DNA of 64,000 nt, taken from NCBI GenBank assembly GCA_021781215.1, contig JAJXXC010000008.1, forward strand, positions 6,965-70,964, in the 5' to 3' direction. The position numbers and the translations under genes were made by a program. Below the pieces are notes generated by a model. It ran no database searches. It worked only from the letters and a program-made list of their open reading frames with translations, and was not told where the DNA came from. This DNA comes from a bacterium. GTDB taxonomy: Bacteria > Patescibacteriota > Saccharimonadia > Saccharimonadales > DATKHC01. Positions 43,408 through 53,654 of the stretch are shown one piece after another. Within the stretch, counting starts at the first letter, position 1, and the number at the start of each line of letters is the position of its first letter.

Positions 43408-46020
43408 TTATTTTTTCTTTTTACCCTTAGCTCTTCTTTGTCGTTCAGCCTTGCGTTGTTTCTTGATATTATCTTTGGTATTTTTCTTAGTTTTTTGTTC
43501 ATGTTGCTTAGTTACGAAATCAGTTTCCTTAAATTCTTCAACGTCAATTATCCGATTAGCGTTATCTACTGACTGCCTAGCTGCTCTAGTTAAATCCGAC
43601 TCAAAGGGTTCATTTAAAATATTTGAATCGTCAACGGGATGTGCTGAAAAAATTCCGCTAATTATATCTCTCCTCAAAGTTAATTGAAAGGCATCAAACA
43701 ATATTTGTCCTTGTTTTCGATACTCTACCAGAGGGTCTCTTTGGCCGACACTCATCCAATGAATTCCTTCCCGTAAATGGTCCATATTTTCAAGGTGTTG
43801 CATCCAAAGATTATCTAAAATTTGAAGATATACTTCTCTTTCAACTTTACGCATTATTTCGGGGGTGAAGGCTTTCTCTTTATCTCTATATACTGAATCA
43901 ACTATTTTGTGTAAATTTTTTTCAAAATCCACGGCCGGAGAATCAAATAGATCGTCTAGAACTCTCGGCTCAATTGGGAATACCTCACTAACCACCGACT
44001 CGTAATCACTCGTTAATAAATCTGGCGATTGTGCGATTCTTTCTATTTCTTGATTAAAATAGGTTTTAATACGCTGGCTTATATCTGGCTGCATCAATAT
44101 TTCCCTACGCATTGAATAAATTGCCTTACGGTGTCGATTCATTACATCATCATATTGGACAACGTCTTTACGCATATCAAAGTTATAGCCTTCAACTTTT
44201 TTCTGTGCAGCTTCAAGTGATTTTGAAATCATTCTATTTTCAATCGGGGTACTGTCATCTACTCCCAACCTATTCATAAGACTTGATATTCGCTCACCAC
44301 CAAAAATTCGCATTAAGTCGTCTTCAGTACTCACAAAAAATTGAGTAACACCAGGATCACCCTGACGACCAGATCTACCCCGCAGTTGATTGTCGATTCT
44401 TCTTGATTCGTGTCTTTCGCTGCCTAGAACAAAGAGTCCCTCCAATTCTTTGACTCCTTCTCCCAGTACAATATCTGTTCCCCTACCGGCTATATTAGTC
44501 GCCAAAGTTACTGCACCTTTCTCTCCAGCCTTAGATACGATATTCGCTTCCTTCTCATTATTCTTTGCATTTAGTGTTTGGTGAGGTATTCCGGCTTTAG
44601 TCAATAGTGAGCTTAACACTTCATTTTTTTCAATCGAAGCAGTACCAATTAAAACTGGTTGACCTTTTTGATGTAAAACTGCGACTTCTCGAATAAGAGC
44701 CTTAAACTTACCCATCTCAGTCTTATAGATTCTATCTGGTCTATCCTTTCTATTAGCGGGACGATTTGAAGGAATTTCAACTACATCCAATTTATATATT
44801 TGATGAAACTCCTCGCTCTCAGTTGAGGCAGTACCAGTCATTCCAGATAATTTATTGTATAACCTAAAATAATTTTGGAATGAAATTGTCGCTAAAGTCA
44901 TCGACTCTTCCTTAACTTCTACTCCTTCTTTAGCTTCGATGGCCTGGTGGAGCCCTTCGTTATATCTTCGCCCTTTCAATAGCCGACCAGTAAATTCATC
45001 GACAATGACAATCTCATTATCGACAGTAACAACATAGTCCTTATCTCTCTTAAAAATAGCATGCGCTTTTACGGCTTGATCCAGGTGATATATAGTTCGA
45101 ATATTCTCAGTACCATAAAGATTAGTGATTCCTAGTATTTTTTCAACTTTCTCTACGCCCTGATCTGTTAAAATAACAGTTTTTCTTTTTTCATCAACTT
45201 CAAAATCAATGTCTCTATTTAACTGACTAGCAACTTTTGCAAATTGATTATAGGCACTACCTGTAGTTACCGAAGGGGCTGATATAATAAGAGGTGTTCT
45301 AGCTTCATCTATTAAAATTGAGTCTACCTCATCAACTATTGCGAAATTTAATTCACGTTGTCGTAATTGATCAATTTCACGGACCATATTGTCCCTTAGG
45401 TAGTCAAAACCAAATTCATTATTAGTCCCGTATGTTATGTCTGCTCCATAGGCCTCTTGTCTAGTTGCTGGTCTAAGATGTCTGAACCTAACGTCCGTAT
45501 GCTGTTCATTCACAAACTCAGAGTCAAAAATAAAAGACGAATCCGCAATTATTATCCCTACAGTCATTCCTAGAAAACTATATACTTGAGCCATCCAGCC
45601 CGCATCACGTTGTGCCAGGTAGTCATTTACAGTAACAACATGCACTCCTTTTCCAGATAGCGCGTTCAAATATACAGGCAATGTGGCCACTAAGGTCTTA
45701 CCCTCACCCGTCTTCATTTCTGCGACTTTGCCTTCGTGCAAAACTATCCCACCCATTAGCTGAACGTCAAAATGACGTTGACCAAGGGACCGTGTTGAAG
45801 CCTCTCTAACCAAAGCAAATGCATCAGGTAGTATTTTATCTAAGGATTCTTTTTTTAATCTATTTTTTAGCTCTTCAGTTTGGCTCTTTAGCTTAGCGTC
45901 AGACATCTTTTGGTACTTATCCGCCAATGCGTTAATATGAACGACTTTTGCCCTTAGCCTTTTGATTGTTTTGGCTTGAGGATCACCCAAGACTCTATTT
46001 AAAAATCTATTCTTCACCAA
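43408..46020 (-). CDS. secA: Preprotein translocase ATPase SecA (Cys-free, Lys/Arg-rich C-terminal tail)
   Basis: It has a TTG start preceded by AGGAGG, MKTGEGKTLVATLP, DEVDSILIDEARTPLII and TNIAGRGTDI. Confidence 0.97.
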   Translation of the reverse strand: MVKNRFLNRVLGDPQAKTIKRLRAKVVHINALADKYQKMSDAKLKSQTEELKNRLKKESLDKILPDAFALVREASTRSLGQRHFDVQLMGGIVLHEGKVAEMKTGEGKTLVATLPVYLNALSGKGVHVVTVNDYLAQRDAGWMAQVYSFLGMTVGIIIADSSFIFDSEFVNEQHTDVRFRHLRPATRQEAYGADITYGTNNEFGFDYLRDNMVREIDQLRQRELNFAIVDEVDSILIDEARTPLIISAPSVTTGSAYNQFAKVASQLNRDIDFEVDEKRKTVILTDQGVEKVEKILGITNLYGTENIRTIYHLDQAVKAHAIFKRDKDYVVTVDNEIVIVDEFTGRLLKGRRYNEGLHQAIEAKEGVEVKEESMTLATISFQNYFRLYNKLSGMTGTASTESEEFHQIYKLDVVEIPSNRPANRKDRPDRIYKTEMGKFKALIREVAVLHQKGQPVLIGTASIEKNEVLSSLLTKAGIPHQTLNAKNNEKEANIVSKAGEKGAVTLATNIAGRGTDIVLGEGVKELEGLFVLGSERHESRRIDNQLRGRSGRQGDPGVTQFFVSTEDDLMRIFGGERISSLMNRLGVDDSTPIENRMISKSLEAAQKKVEGYNFDMRKDVVQYDDVMNRHRKAIYSMRREILMQPDISQRIKTYFNQEIERIAQSPDLLTSDYESVVSEVFPIEPRVLDDLFDSPAVDFEKNLHKIVDSVYRDKEKAFTPEIMRKVEREVYLQILDNLWMQHLENMDHLREGIHWMSVGQRDPLVEYRKQGQILFDAFQLTLRRDIISGIFSAHPVDDSNILNEPFESDLTRAARQSVDNANRIIDVEEFKETDFVTKQHEQKTKKNTKDNIKKQRKAERQRRAKGKKKK

Positions 46021-46094
46021 TTCCTCCTAGGATACAAAAAACATCATAAAAACAATGATAACTTAGACAATTATACCTTGAAAACTAAATTTTT

Positions 46095-46451
46095 TTAAGG
46101 TTTTCTTTTAAAAGCCCTTATAAGTCTCATTGTTTTAGATTTATTTGAATTTTTTTGTTTATACCTACGCAATTGATTTTTTAATTTTGCCTCTACAATA
46201 TCGACGGCTGCGTAAATATTAATTGTTGTCTCTTCTATGGCAAACATATCATTAGGCAGATGCATCACCGCCTCACAAGTACATTGTTTTTTGCCTCTTG
46301 TATCAAATTCTTTTAAGAAAACTTCTACATGCGCACTAGATCTAGCATGTTTAGGGATATATTTCTCTAGTTTTGTAATCTTCTTGGTTACATATTTCAA
46401 TATATCATCGCCGACCACATAGTGCACTCCGTTAACTTGGATTTTTAACAT
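46095..46451 (-). CDS. hpf: Ribosome hibernation/associated factor (HPF/RaiA, S30AE family, short form)
   Basis: IQVNGVHYVVGDDILKYVTKKITKLEKY and IYAAVDIVEAKLKNQLRRYK match the family pattern. Confidence 0.75.
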   Translation of the reverse strand: MLKIQVNGVHYVVGDDILKYVTKKITKLEKYIPKHARSSAHVEVFLKEFDTRGKKQCTCEAVMHLPNDMFAIEETTINIYAAVDIVEAKLKNQLRRYKQKNSNKSKTMRLIRAFKRKP

Positions 46452-46452
46452 T

Positions 46453-47751
46453 TCAAATCTGCTCCTTATTATTCATCAATGGTCTTAAAATATTAGGTAC
46501 AATAATATGCCCATCTTCTGTTTGATAATTTTCAATTATCGCAGCTAGTGTTCTAGACATAGCTAAAGCCGTAGCATCATTAGTATGGGCAAGATCAATG
46601 CTGCCATCACTGCTCCTTTTAACTCTAGTTTTTAATGACCTAGTTTGATAGTCGGTCATGTAATCTGCGGAATGGGTTTCTTTATAGCAATCCTGTCCAG
46701 GCATCCATGTTTCTATATCAACACCTCTAGCATTAGGATCTCCAATGTCGGCCGTACATTTTAATATAACTCTATACGGTAGTTCTAGAAGTTTAGTTAA
46801 TTCTTCTTGAATGGCTATTGCTAGAAAATGTTCGTCACGAGAAGTTTCTGGCGTACTAAATATTTCCATTTCTAGTTTATCGAAGTGATGCATTCTTATT
46901 AACCCATTCGTGTCTTTTCCATAGGTTCCTGCTTCTCTTCTGAAAGCAGTACTATAACCTATATATCTTATGGGTAAATCTTTATCAGCTATAATCTCGT
47001 CAGCATACATTGAACACAGACTATGCTCTGCGCTAGCAATTAGCCATAAATCATCGTCGGCTAACTTATAGGTAGTATCTTCCGCCTTCAGCCTACCGGT
47101 TGCCTCATACGGCTCCGTCTTCATCATCATTGGTGGCAAAATTGGAATAAACGGCTTAGAGACTAGATCTAAATTATTATCTTTGATTATTTTTTCAATA
47201 AAAGATTCATCTCCCAATAATTTAAATACTAGGTTGATCAATGCAAATTGCATCTCTACAAGACCGCCCTTCAAATAAGTAAATCGGCTACCAGAAATTT
47301 TTGCAGCTCGTTGCCTATCCATTAAGCCCAATGTTTCTGCTACCTCCCAATGAGTTTTTGGCTTAAAATTAAAGTCTTTTTTGTCACCAAAATATTTGAT
47401 TACTTTATTATCATCTTCGCTACTACCGACCGGAACGTCATCCGACGGCATATTGGGGATAGATTTTAGAGTGTCTTTGAACGACTTGTCTACTGGACCA
47501 AATTCTAATTCTAAATCAGCAATCTGTTTCTTTAACTTTACGCCCAAATCTATTTCTTCAAGGGTTGGCTTGCTTTTAATCTTAGATGTTAATTTATTTC
47601 TCTGTCCACGTAAGTCTTCTAGCTCTTGAATTAAAGATTTATGCTTTTTATCAATTTTTAAGAAATCGTTAATATTAATATTCTTATTTTTCTGGTTTGA
47701 TTTTTGCTGAACCAAATCAGGATTAGCCCTAATAAACTGTATATCTAACAT
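46453..47751 (-). CDS. serS: Serine--tRNA ligase
   Basis: It has an N-terminal coiled-coil arm (MLDIQFIRANPDLV...) and class II motifs (FRREAG, GSRFTYL). Confidence 0.95.
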   Translation of the reverse strand: MLDIQFIRANPDLVQQKSNQKNKNININDFLKIDKKHKSLIQELEDLRGQRNKLTSKIKSKPTLEEIDLGVKLKKQIADLELEFGPVDKSFKDTLKSIPNMPSDDVPVGSSEDDNKVIKYFGDKKDFNFKPKTHWEVAETLGLMDRQRAAKISGSRFTYLKGGLVEMQFALINLVFKLLGDESFIEKIIKDNNLDLVSKPFIPILPPMMMKTEPYEATGRLKAEDTTYKLADDDLWLIASAEHSLCSMYADEIIADKDLPIRYIGYSTAFRREAGTYGKDTNGLIRMHHFDKLEMEIFSTPETSRDEHFLAIAIQEELTKLLELPYRVILKCTADIGDPNARGVDIETWMPGQDCYKETHSADYMTDYQTRSLKTRVKRSSDGSIDLAHTNDATALAMSRTLAAIIENYQTEDGHIIVPNILRPLMNNKEQI

Positions 47752-47767
47752 AATCTATATTATAGCC

Positions 47768-48556
47768 TCATTTACTATTATTTTTTAGGTGTTTTAATGT
47801 GATAGCGGTTCGTTCTTTAGAATAACTACAATAATCGCAATCGCCCCCCATCGCCGCCATGCCAACTTCTGGCATATCTGCCTCTAAACATTTCTTTATA
47901 TTCAATATCGTACCTTCTACCCAATTGGTATTGCCATCGTACGCAATAACTTTAGTCTTAAATTCCAATTTATCAAAAAACCCATCAGCGTCAATTCGAG
48001 CATTTGTATAAACAAAATACCCACGGCTGCTTACTTTGAAACCATTTTGTTTGAGCAGCCATTGATACACTTCCATCTGCCGTTTATAACTAATCTGCCA
48101 ATCAGCATCTAGAGATACTTCGCTATTCTTGGACGTAGCTTTATAGTCAACGACGATTAGCTGATCGTCCTTATCTATCCATACATCATCTACTGCGCCA
48201 TAAATATGCAAGTTTGTTGTTTTATGTAAGGTGCTAACGCCGGTAAAGTTATGCCTCCACTTATTAAGGTCCTCGTGAGAAAATGGTATTGCATCGATGC
48301 CATTTTCTACCATAATTGGATGCGCTTCTTTTTTTATTCTATAACCATCGAATTCCTTTTTAAAAAGTTCATCTATAGCTTTATTAATCTGAAAAGGTGG
48401 ACCATTAGGCCTTTTGATTTTCAGCCTAGCATCCAACCAAAAACATCTAGGGCATTGAGTGTATAACTCTATTTTAGATCTAGATATCTTAAAAGATGTT
48501 TTTTGTCCAGGTTTATATGGCAGACTCTTTTCATATTTATAACTATAACTGGCCAT
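47768..48556 (-). CDS. PD-(D/E)XK nuclease, RecB/Cas4-like with four-Cys cluster
   Basis: N-terminal CPRC pairs with C-terminal CDYC as candidate 4Fe-4S ligands. The catalytic blocks are GAVDDVWI and VVDYKATSK, and a QMEVYQWLL (QxxxY) motif is present. Confidence 0.65.
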   Translation of the reverse strand: MASYSYKYEKSLPYKPGQKTSFKISRSKIELYTQCPRCFWLDARLKIKRPNGPPFQINKAIDELFKKEFDGYRIKKEAHPIMVENGIDAIPFSHEDLNKWRHNFTGVSTLHKTTNLHIYGAVDDVWIDKDDQLIVVDYKATSKNSEVSLDADWQISYKRQMEVYQWLLKQNGFKVSSRGYFVYTNARIDADGFFDKLEFKTKVIAYDGNTNWVEGTILNIKKCLEADMPEVGMAAMGGDCDYCSYSKERTAITLKHLKNNSK

Positions 48557-48587
48557 AGGTTACTCCATATATTATTAATTAAAAAAC

Positions 48588-49331
48588 TTAATGAATTCCG
48601 ACTAAGAGCACTATAAAAAAGCCAACTTTCAATAACAAGTCTGTGTAATAATTTATAAATTCCTTGTTTTTACGTTTTTTGGCATGCCTTGAGCTACTCA
48701 TAACTAATAATCCAAGATAAATTAAGCCTATTAGATCAAGCACATATACATACCAAGTTGATCTTACGCCACCATATACAAGGGTACCTATTGAATAGAT
48801 TATTACCGACAACCAACTAGTTAGGATTAATAAAATACCAAAAAATCTAATGCTTCCCAGTTTATCTATTTTCTCTTTGTAGTCAGACATTATAAGCCTA
48901 GCTCCTATGAAAGAGCTAAATAAGACGAATATTGTAGTTGAAATATCTTGCAATCCAGCAGCTAGACAAATAAATACTATCAGAATTGAATAACTTAAAC
49001 TACTCAAGTTAAGGTCTAGTTTATCGCTACTTTTTTGGTATATATTTTTAGTCTTTATATATTCCTTATATACTTTATATCCAAATTTAATTACCAATAT
49101 CAACAATACAATTATCGCTAAATATCTATATTCAACACTGAATAGATTTCTACTTGCTGAGGTAAAAAGAGTAGAGTTTGGATTGGTAAAATTATTGTTA
49201 GTCCAAAAACTAGTATTTAATTGAAAATATTTATTACCACTAAAAATAAAAAATAAAATTAGTATTACCGAGAAAGATACTAGACTAACCGTATCTTTAA
49301 GTTGTTTCGTTTGAGCTATTTTTTTTAACAT
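48588..49331 (-). CDS. Hypothetical polytopic membrane protein
   Basis: About 6 hydrophobic helices and no recognisable motif. Confidence 0.4.
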   Translation of the reverse strand: MLKKIAQTKQLKDTVSLVSFSVILILFFIFSGNKYFQLNTSFWTNNNFTNPNSTLFTSASRNLFSVEYRYLAIIVLLILVIKFGYKVYKEYIKTKNIYQKSSDKLDLNLSSLSYSILIVFICLAAGLQDISTTIFVLFSSFIGARLIMSDYKEKIDKLGSIRFFGILLILTSWLSVIIYSIGTLVYGGVRSTWYVYVLDLIGLIYLGLLVMSSSRHAKKRKNKEFINYYTDLLLKVGFFIVLLVGIH

Positions 49332-49434
49332 ATATATCTTAATAATAGCACGGTTAACAATTTGGTTTTCTAGGTTGTTGCCAGCCCTATCAATGAAATC
49401 AGTTATTGATTGCTAGTTTTAAAATATATCAAAA

Positions 49435-50970
49435 TTATTTTGATTGTTTTTTTCTAAATACTTCGGGATATATTGAGGTTGTTAGCTCATCAATTTCTTG
49501 CCTTAACTGGGGAAATGGAACACCTTCCCTGGCGGTGATGTTTTCTAACGTCCAAAAAACACGCTCACTAAACCCAAAACCACAAGCTGGCGGCATACCG
49601 AACTCTAGCATTTCGATAAAATCAATGTCTAACATTTGAGCTTCTTCGTCGCCGGCGTTTCGTAAATCTCTTTGTTCTAAAAATCGAGCAAGTTGGTCGA
49701 TTGGATCATTCAATTCAGAATAAGCCTTACATATTTCTGTACCACCTAGAATCAAATTGAATTGTTCACTTAGTCGCGAATCTTTTTTCTGAGCTTTAGC
49801 TAGAGGTTGCATAAATACAGGGATATCTATGAGATATGCTGGGCCGCTAATCTCTGTTCTAACTTTTTTCCATAATTTATCTAGTGATCTTACTCTGTTA
49901 TCTTCTTTGGCAACTTCCAACTTATTTTCCTTAAGCTTACGTTTTATATCATTCATATCACTATTAAAAACGTCGATATCGTATTTATCTTTTATGATTT
50001 TAATAAAGCTAATTTTGGGCCAATCTATTCCGTCCTTACCTAAATCGACTGCTTGATCGCCGTTGATTACAAAACTCCTCTTATTCCAAGTTTTATCACA
50101 CACATATCTGAATAAATCTTGTGTGAATTTCATACCATCATTCCAGTCCGCGTAGGCCCAGTACCACTCCATAGCAACATGCTCGGGCAAGTGTTCGTCA
50201 GAATAATTCTCGTTTCGAAATCTTGGTCCTATATCAAAAACTTTCTCATAACCTCCCCCTAAAAGTCGTTTTAGTGGCAACTCATGACTTATTCTTAGAT
50301 AGAAATCTTGGTTCAAAGAATCCATGTGTGTAATAAAAGGTTTTGCGTCAGCGCCACCGGTAGTATGTTCTAAAACTGGAGTATTAATCTCAATAAACCC
50401 ATTTTTAACTAAAAAATCTCTTGTAGATTGCCAGAAATTACTTCTTCTAATAAATCTTTGGTATACGTCTTGATTAACGTTCAAATCTACATATCTTCTT
50501 CTGAGTCTTTCTTCTTTATTAGTAAAACCATCGTGAGACGTTGGCATCGGCCTAAGAGTCTTTGACAATAACTTAATTTCTTCAACCGCTACAGATATCT
50601 CACCAGTCTGAGTCTTTATTACTATGCCTGAAGCCTGAATAAAATCACCGCTATCAAGTAAATTTATCTCCGAAAAAGCCAGATAAGTTCTAGGCTTAGT
50701 GTCGATCTTAATTTTATCTTGTTTTAAAAAAAGCTGTAAATCGCCTGATGCATCGTGAATCACGATAAAGGCAATTTTACCTATCTTTCTAATTCCTTTA
50801 ATTCTTCCAACGACACTAACGTGTTTATCTTTAAACCGGTCAAAATCAGCCTGAATATTGCCAAGATTATCTGATCTTTGCGAATCAGCTGGATAGGGGT
50901 TGATCCCCAAGCTCTTTATTTCTTGAAGTTTTCTAAGTCTTTCGTCTCTCAGGGATTTAAGTGTTGCCAT
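49435..50970 (-). CDS. lysS: Lysine--tRNA ligase (class II)
   Basis: An N-terminal OB anticodon-binding domain is followed by class II motifs (FRNE, ELNDPIDQ, PPACGFGFS). Confidence 0.95.
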   Translation of the reverse strand: MATLKSLRDERLRKLQEIKSLGINPYPADSQRSDNLGNIQADFDRFKDKHVSVVGRIKGIRKIGKIAFIVIHDASGDLQLFLKQDKIKIDTKPRTYLAFSEINLLDSGDFIQASGIVIKTQTGEISVAVEEIKLLSKTLRPMPTSHDGFTNKEERLRRRYVDLNVNQDVYQRFIRRSNFWQSTRDFLVKNGFIEINTPVLEHTTGGADAKPFITHMDSLNQDFYLRISHELPLKRLLGGGYEKVFDIGPRFRNENYSDEHLPEHVAMEWYWAYADWNDGMKFTQDLFRYVCDKTWNKRSFVINGDQAVDLGKDGIDWPKISFIKIIKDKYDIDVFNSDMNDIKRKLKENKLEVAKEDNRVRSLDKLWKKVRTEISGPAYLIDIPVFMQPLAKAQKKDSRLSEQFNLILGGTEICKAYSELNDPIDQLARFLEQRDLRNAGDEEAQMLDIDFIEMLEFGMPPACGFGFSERVFWTLENITAREGVPFPQLRQEIDELTTSIYPEVFRKKQSK

Positions 50971-51008
50971 AACTAATATATATTCTATATCAATCTAGGC
51001 CGGTGTGA

Positions 51009-51470
51009 CTAGGAGATACTAATAATTTTATATATTACGGTCTCTGCTGGAGTTGCAATTTCTACACTATCTCCAACAATTTTCTTTAATAAAGCCTGTC
51101 CAATAGGCGACTCATCGGATATTTTGCCCTCTGAAGGGTTTGCCTCAACAGTACCGACTACTTTATAGGCCTTGCTCTTTCCGTTTTTACTCCTAAGCTC
51201 TACGGTTGAACCGAGTTGAACAGTGCCACCCTTAGTAGGTTTTGCTATTTCTTCGACATTCTGAAGGATATATTCAATTTCTACAATTCTGTTTTCAGTC
51301 CTGTCTTGTTCCTGAATTGCTGCTGAGTATTCAGCATTTTCACTTAAATCACCAAATTCTCTAGCAGTTTTTATTTTGTCAGCAATAGCAGTCCTAGAAG
51401 CTATTAAAGTTTTTAGCTCCTCCTTGAACTCGCTAATACCTTCTGCTGTTAGATGAAATTGTTTATTCAT
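51009..51470 (-). CDS. greA: Transcription elongation factor GreA
   Basis: It has REFGDLSENAEYSAA and a C-terminal FKBP-like domain (SDESPIGQALLKKIVGDSVEI). Confidence 0.9.
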   Translation of the reverse strand: MNKQFHLTAEGISEFKEELKTLIASRTAIADKIKTAREFGDLSENAEYSAAIQEQDRTENRIVEIEYILQNVEEIAKPTKGGTVQLGSTVELRSKNGKSKAYKVVGTVEANPSEGKISDESPIGQALLKKIVGDSVEIATPAETVIYKIISIS

Positions 51471-51519
51471 ATACTTATTTTACCTTACGATTAAATCTTA
51501 AAACTTATTAGGTCGACGT

Positions 51520-51548
51520 ATTATAGCATCACTATTTTAGGCTGACAA
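51520..51548 (-). promoter_or_regulatory. Sigma70-type promoter for greA (TTGTCA-17 nt-TGCTATAAT)
   Basis: On the minus strand the -35 TTGTCA is at 51548-51543 and the extended -10 TGCTATAAT at 51528-51520, about 50 nt upstream of the greA ATG. Confidence 0.5.
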
Positions 51549-51579
51549 ACAAAAAAATTATTACAAACATAGCAAAAAA

Positions 51580-52833
51580 TTATTTATCAAACAATTTTGC
51601 CATAAGGGCTGATTCCGATATCTGTTGAGACTCCGTAGACGTCCTATCTTTAAATTCAAAAAGCCCAGACTCGACTGTCTTATCACTAACAATTACTCTT
51701 GATGGTATACCTAATAAATCAGCGTCAGAAAATTTTTCACCTGGTCTTACGTCTCTATCGTCATAAATAATTTCTATACCTTTAGACATAATGCTTTCGT
51801 ATAGCTTGTCTGCGACTTTAATAACCTTAGAGTTGTCGCCAACCCTAACTAAAATTATTCTTGCTGGGGCTATAGACTTAGGCCATACTATTCCTTTGTC
51901 ATCAGAATAAAATTCGACAATAGTTCCCAATACCCGGCTAATTCCAATTCCATAGCATCCCATTATTAAGGTTTGGGTTTCACCAGCCCGATTATTAACT
52001 TTTAGCCCAAAAGGCTCCGTAAATTTTGTTCCAAGACTAAATATATTACCTACTTCAATGGCTCGAACCTGTTCGAGCCTCTCGCGCTTCAGGCCCAGGC
52101 CTGCAATCACATCATCTGTAAAAACTTCTTTATTAATTGCAACCTTCTTATCTCTATCAATATAAATCGTGTCTTCACCGGCTTGGCTTAAAGTTTGAAA
52201 TTCATGACTATATTTACTAAAGCTTCCACCACTGGCCGTTGTTATATATGTCTCACTAGCCAATCCTAGTCGACTAAACACTTTTAAATAGGCTTCTTTG
52301 ACTCTTGTATAAATTACTTCGTGTTCTTCTTGAGAGATTGCAAACGAGTACATATCTTTCATCAAAAATTCACGGCCACGCATTAACCCACTTTTTGAGC
52401 GAAGCTCATTACGAAACTTAGTTTGTATCTGGTAGGCTAGGATTGGGAGATCACGGTAAGAACTTATGTACTTCCTCATTAGTGGCACGAGGTTTTCCTC
52501 ATGAGAAAAACCAAGACCTAATTCGGTACCATTAACTAATTTAGTTTTAAACCAATCATCGACAATCCTATCGTCCCAGCGTCCGGTCGTTGTATATCGC
52601 TCTTTTATTTGAAGTGCGGGCATCAATATTTCTTGACCATCAATAGAATTCATTTCTTCTCGAACTATATTAGCTATATTATTCAGAACACGAAGCCCAA
52701 GGGGAAGATAACTATATACTCCAGCCATCTCTTTATGTACATAACCAGCTTTTATTAATAGCTGTGCGTTCTTAGCTTTCTCATCAGAAGGTACATTCTT
52801 AGTGGATTTAGCAAATGTTTTAGAAAGTCTCAT
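51580..52833 (-). CDS. proS: Proline--tRNA ligase, bacterial-type N-terminus but lacking the INS editing domain
   Basis: It has MRLSKTFAKSTKNVPSDEKAKNAQLLIKAGYV, motif 2 FRNELRSKSGLMRGREFLMKD and motif 3 GCYGIGISR. Only about 110 aa lie between motifs 2 and 3, and the protein is 417 aa in total. Confidence 0.9.
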   Translation of the reverse strand: MRLSKTFAKSTKNVPSDEKAKNAQLLIKAGYVHKEMAGVYSYLPLGLRVLNNIANIVREEMNSIDGQEILMPALQIKERYTTTGRWDDRIVDDWFKTKLVNGTELGLGFSHEENLVPLMRKYISSYRDLPILAYQIQTKFRNELRSKSGLMRGREFLMKDMYSFAISQEEHEVIYTRVKEAYLKVFSRLGLASETYITTASGGSFSKYSHEFQTLSQAGEDTIYIDRDKKVAINKEVFTDDVIAGLGLKRERLEQVRAIEVGNIFSLGTKFTEPFGLKVNNRAGETQTLIMGCYGIGISRVLGTIVEFYSDDKGIVWPKSIAPARIILVRVGDNSKVIKVADKLYESIMSKGIEIIYDDRDVRPGEKFSDADLLGIPSRVIVSDKTVESGLFEFKDRTSTESQQISESALMAKLFDK

Positions 52834-52874
52834 ATCTAACCCTAATAATAACTTATTTTATTAACTATTACACC

Positions 52875-53645
52875 CTAACTACTATGCAAAAGATACAGGC
52901 TGGCGAAAGCAACAAAGTTTTTCAAAAAGTGAATTATTATCGATGCCCATAATTTATCAGTTTTTTCTCGCACATAAACCAATACCATCGAAAGCGTAAA
53001 AGTATCGATTCCTGCTACCCACAGAAGACCATTATTACTTTCAAATAAATGAGGAGTCGCAAACAGTAAACTTACTATTATGGCGGCAATTATTTTATTC
53101 ATCTTAGGTCTCAGGCTAGTATATATAAAGCCTCTGAACAGTAATTCTTCCGCTATTGGCGGTAGAATTACTAACATAATAAACAACAACCATAAATTTC
53201 CACCGTGAGCAGAATTTGGAATTCCCAGATTTTGTTTTTGTGAAGTATTAAAGCCATGAATTAAATATTGCAATACAGAAACTACTGATAGATAAATTAA
53301 TAAATAGGCAGAAAAACCCACGATTGCATATTTTAAATCTCTTAATAAAAATTTACCCCTTATACCTATAGACTTAAAAGATATATTCCTGCGGCGCATG
53401 AACGCATATAAAAATAAAACAACAAATGATTCTACTAGAAAGGTCTCTATGAATAGAGCTGGCACTGAATTTGTTAACCAAGAACTCGCAGTTGAAGTTG
53501 ACCAATGTCTAATCGCTACATACTCACGGAAAAGTATTGCTACAACAATTTGAGAGCCAAAAAAAATAAAAATTGCAATTAATACACTCGATATGGGGCT
53601 CCAATTACCCTTTTCTTGATGATAATTAATTTCAGGTTTAAGCAT
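52875..53645 (-). CDS. CPBP-family intramembrane glutamic protease (CAAX protease-like)
   Basis: It has the EELLFRG motif and FATPH, in a multi-TM protein. Confidence 0.8.
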   Translation of the reverse strand: MLKPEINYHQEKGNWSPISSVLIAIFIFFGSQIVVAILFREYVAIRHWSTSTASSWLTNSVPALFIETFLVESFVVLFLYAFMRRRNISFKSIGIRGKFLLRDLKYAIVGFSAYLLIYLSVVSVLQYLIHGFNTSQKQNLGIPNSAHGGNLWLLFIMLVILPPIAEELLFRGFIYTSLRPKMNKIIAAIIVSLLFATPHLFESNNGLLWVAGIDTFTLSMVLVYVREKTDKLWASIIIHFLKNFVAFASLYLLHSS

Positions 53646-53654
53646 ATTGTGAGT

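Noticed and set aside
26860-52874. T-box or other leader riboswitches upstream of glyQS, serS, lysS and proS
   Set aside because: The upstream gaps are only about 16-67 nt, too short for a T-box. These genes appear to be read through from upstream genes.
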